From the NCBI GenBank assembly GCA_030295235.1, contig AP026152.1, positions 1 to 64,000 on the forward strand: a DNA stretch of 64,000 nucleotides, in the 5' to 3' direction. The DNA comes from Fistulifera solaris (taxonomy: Eukaryota). The position numbers and the translations under genes are program-made. The notes beneath the pieces were generated by a model, which was given only the letters and a program-made list of their open reading frames with translations, ran no database searches and had not been told where the DNA came from. Every line of letters starts with the position of its first letter. The stretch's first letter is position 1. This document shows positions 62,410-64,000 of this stretch, piece after piece.

Positions 62410-63690
62410 TCATTTTACTATAGCCCAAAGTGTTGGTTCTACGATATCACGATTGGATTTCTGCTTTGATTCAATCGAAGATTTCAAACAACATCGTAAG
62501 TCCTTGTCCACCATGTTCCGTCCATTATTCCTCGTTGATTAGTTTTCGCATGTTTTAACTGTTGTAACAGCATTGCGCCTAGAGCCTTTATTTCGAACGA
62601 CGAACGCCGTTGTGGACCGTTCTTTCCGCATTTACTATGACCCAAAGTGTAAGTTTACGACAATCAAAGAAACGAGCCTCTTTCGAGCCAGATTCCATTG
62701 TTATCCATTTTGTTTTGCAAGGTCGGTAGCCCTTCTTCGTTTGAATGGTATAGTTATCGCCTTCATAAGCATATCGAATTCGCGCTTCTAATTGATATGT
62801 CGAATATCTTGCCATTATCGTGCTTTTCAATATTTGACTATAGTCCAAAGTGTAGGTTCTACCAAATCACGACTGAATTTAGTCTTGACAATTTTAAGCC
62901 AGATTCGGTTTTCAAGCTTGTAAACTTCATTATTTGCCTTTTTACAATGCAAATCCTTTCAGCTGCATTTGTCGTGCACACATTGATGTTATACGTCAAA
63001 TATCCTGCTCAAAAGTGTGGCATGTGGCATCAACTTTACCAGGACTGGGTTTCAGCCACGAATAGCTTCCTACGAACGAATGACGAAACGCACGCGAAAC
63101 GCGAAACATCCTTTCATTTCTTCTCTTTTTGTCATCCGTAAAAAATTAAAGAGGATATCTGGTAGTGCACGGTCATGGTTGCTGTTGCATTGAGCCATGA
63201 CTGATAATCCAGTCGTGACGAAAAGCTCTATACTACACGTTGAAAGATACTAATGTGCCGACAAAGATCTTTCGAAACCTTTTCGACGCGAGTTGTTTTA
63301 TGCATTTGAAAACAAAAATATACTCCGTATTTTATCAACAGCTATACCTTGAACGACGATTGTACCATTTATCATTTACCGGTTTATTTTCGGACCCAAT
63401 TGCTGCCGTCTCCATCCTTTTCCGTAGTTCGACCATGACTGAATATCTCAGTCGCGGATGGCTTGAACCAACACTTTGAGCCTATAGTGAACATGGCAGT
63501 CAACGAGCCGGATGCTTTTCTACGCAAAATCATTGCGATGTTACATTGAATGAAGGCCCATTTCATGAAAGAGAAATTTTGGGATTTCATTTTATGTTTG
63601 ATGCGGTCTCCATTTTTGCCGTAGTTCGACCTTAACTCCATTTCAGTCGTTGATGGCGTAAACCAACACTTTGCGACTATAGTGCTTTTT
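62410..63690. repeat. Degenerate relatives of satellite family B in two oppositely oriented blocks
   Basis: CTATAGCCCAAAGTGT-like motif at 62418, 62635 and 62838; reverse-complement AACCAACACTTTG..CTATAG at 63466 and 63661. Confidence 0.65.
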
Positions 63691-64000
63691 GAAGTACATT
63701 CGGCTCATCGCATTTTTTTCAACAAAAGCTTGTCAAACCAAAAAGGGGGTGCAAAATAAGCCATCAATGCATTGCTGCCACGAAAGTCTTTAGTTCCCTA
63801 TTCCCTATCGGCGTATCGCTCGTTCATTTCCAAGCCGTATCGTGTCGAACGAATCATTCTGCTGCGTCAAAACCAAAACGCGGCCAAGAATTGTCGTCCC
63901 CCATTCTCGCACACGATCTGTATTAAGAGTATCGTGAACTTCAATCCGAATATTAGAAGGAAGCTGTAGGAGGAGCAGCATTAGTCCGTTTTTGAGCGTC

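Noticed and set aside
1..64000. tRNA, rRNA or snRNA genes
   Set aside because: None recognised by eye; a tRNAscan/Infernal run is needed to exclude them.

Overview
Eukaryotic chromosome end, not a prokaryotic window. It opens with (CCCTAA)n telomeric repeats and contains GT-AG spliceosomal introns, ASAFAP-type bipartite plastid presequences and diatom-style gene families, so it is a diatom, probably pennate. A Fistulifera-like species is my inference from one gene family and is not verified. About 27 protein-coding loci are supported, including pyruvate kinase, XPG/RAD2, two Spondin_N proteins, purple acid phosphatase, PEPC, a METTL21-like methyltransferase, HSF, a VWD protein, an F-box protein and a UNC93-like MFS transporter. 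Many genes carry 1-nt frameshifts, mostly in homopolymers, which I read as consensus errors. The non-coding DNA holds the more unusual structure: a CRE-like non-LTR retroelement 3' remnant about 1 kb from the telomere (absent from the ORF track), a 282-bp foldback MITE with TG..CA ends and a 5-bp TSD, a 590-bp hAT element with an 8-bp TSD, four palindrome-rich satellite families (three with ~200-218-bp units; one carries perfect heat-shock elements), two related 'LQEALD' microproteins flanking a satellite, and frequent 7-bp tandem duplications in intergenic DNA. All calls were made by eye; no searches were run.
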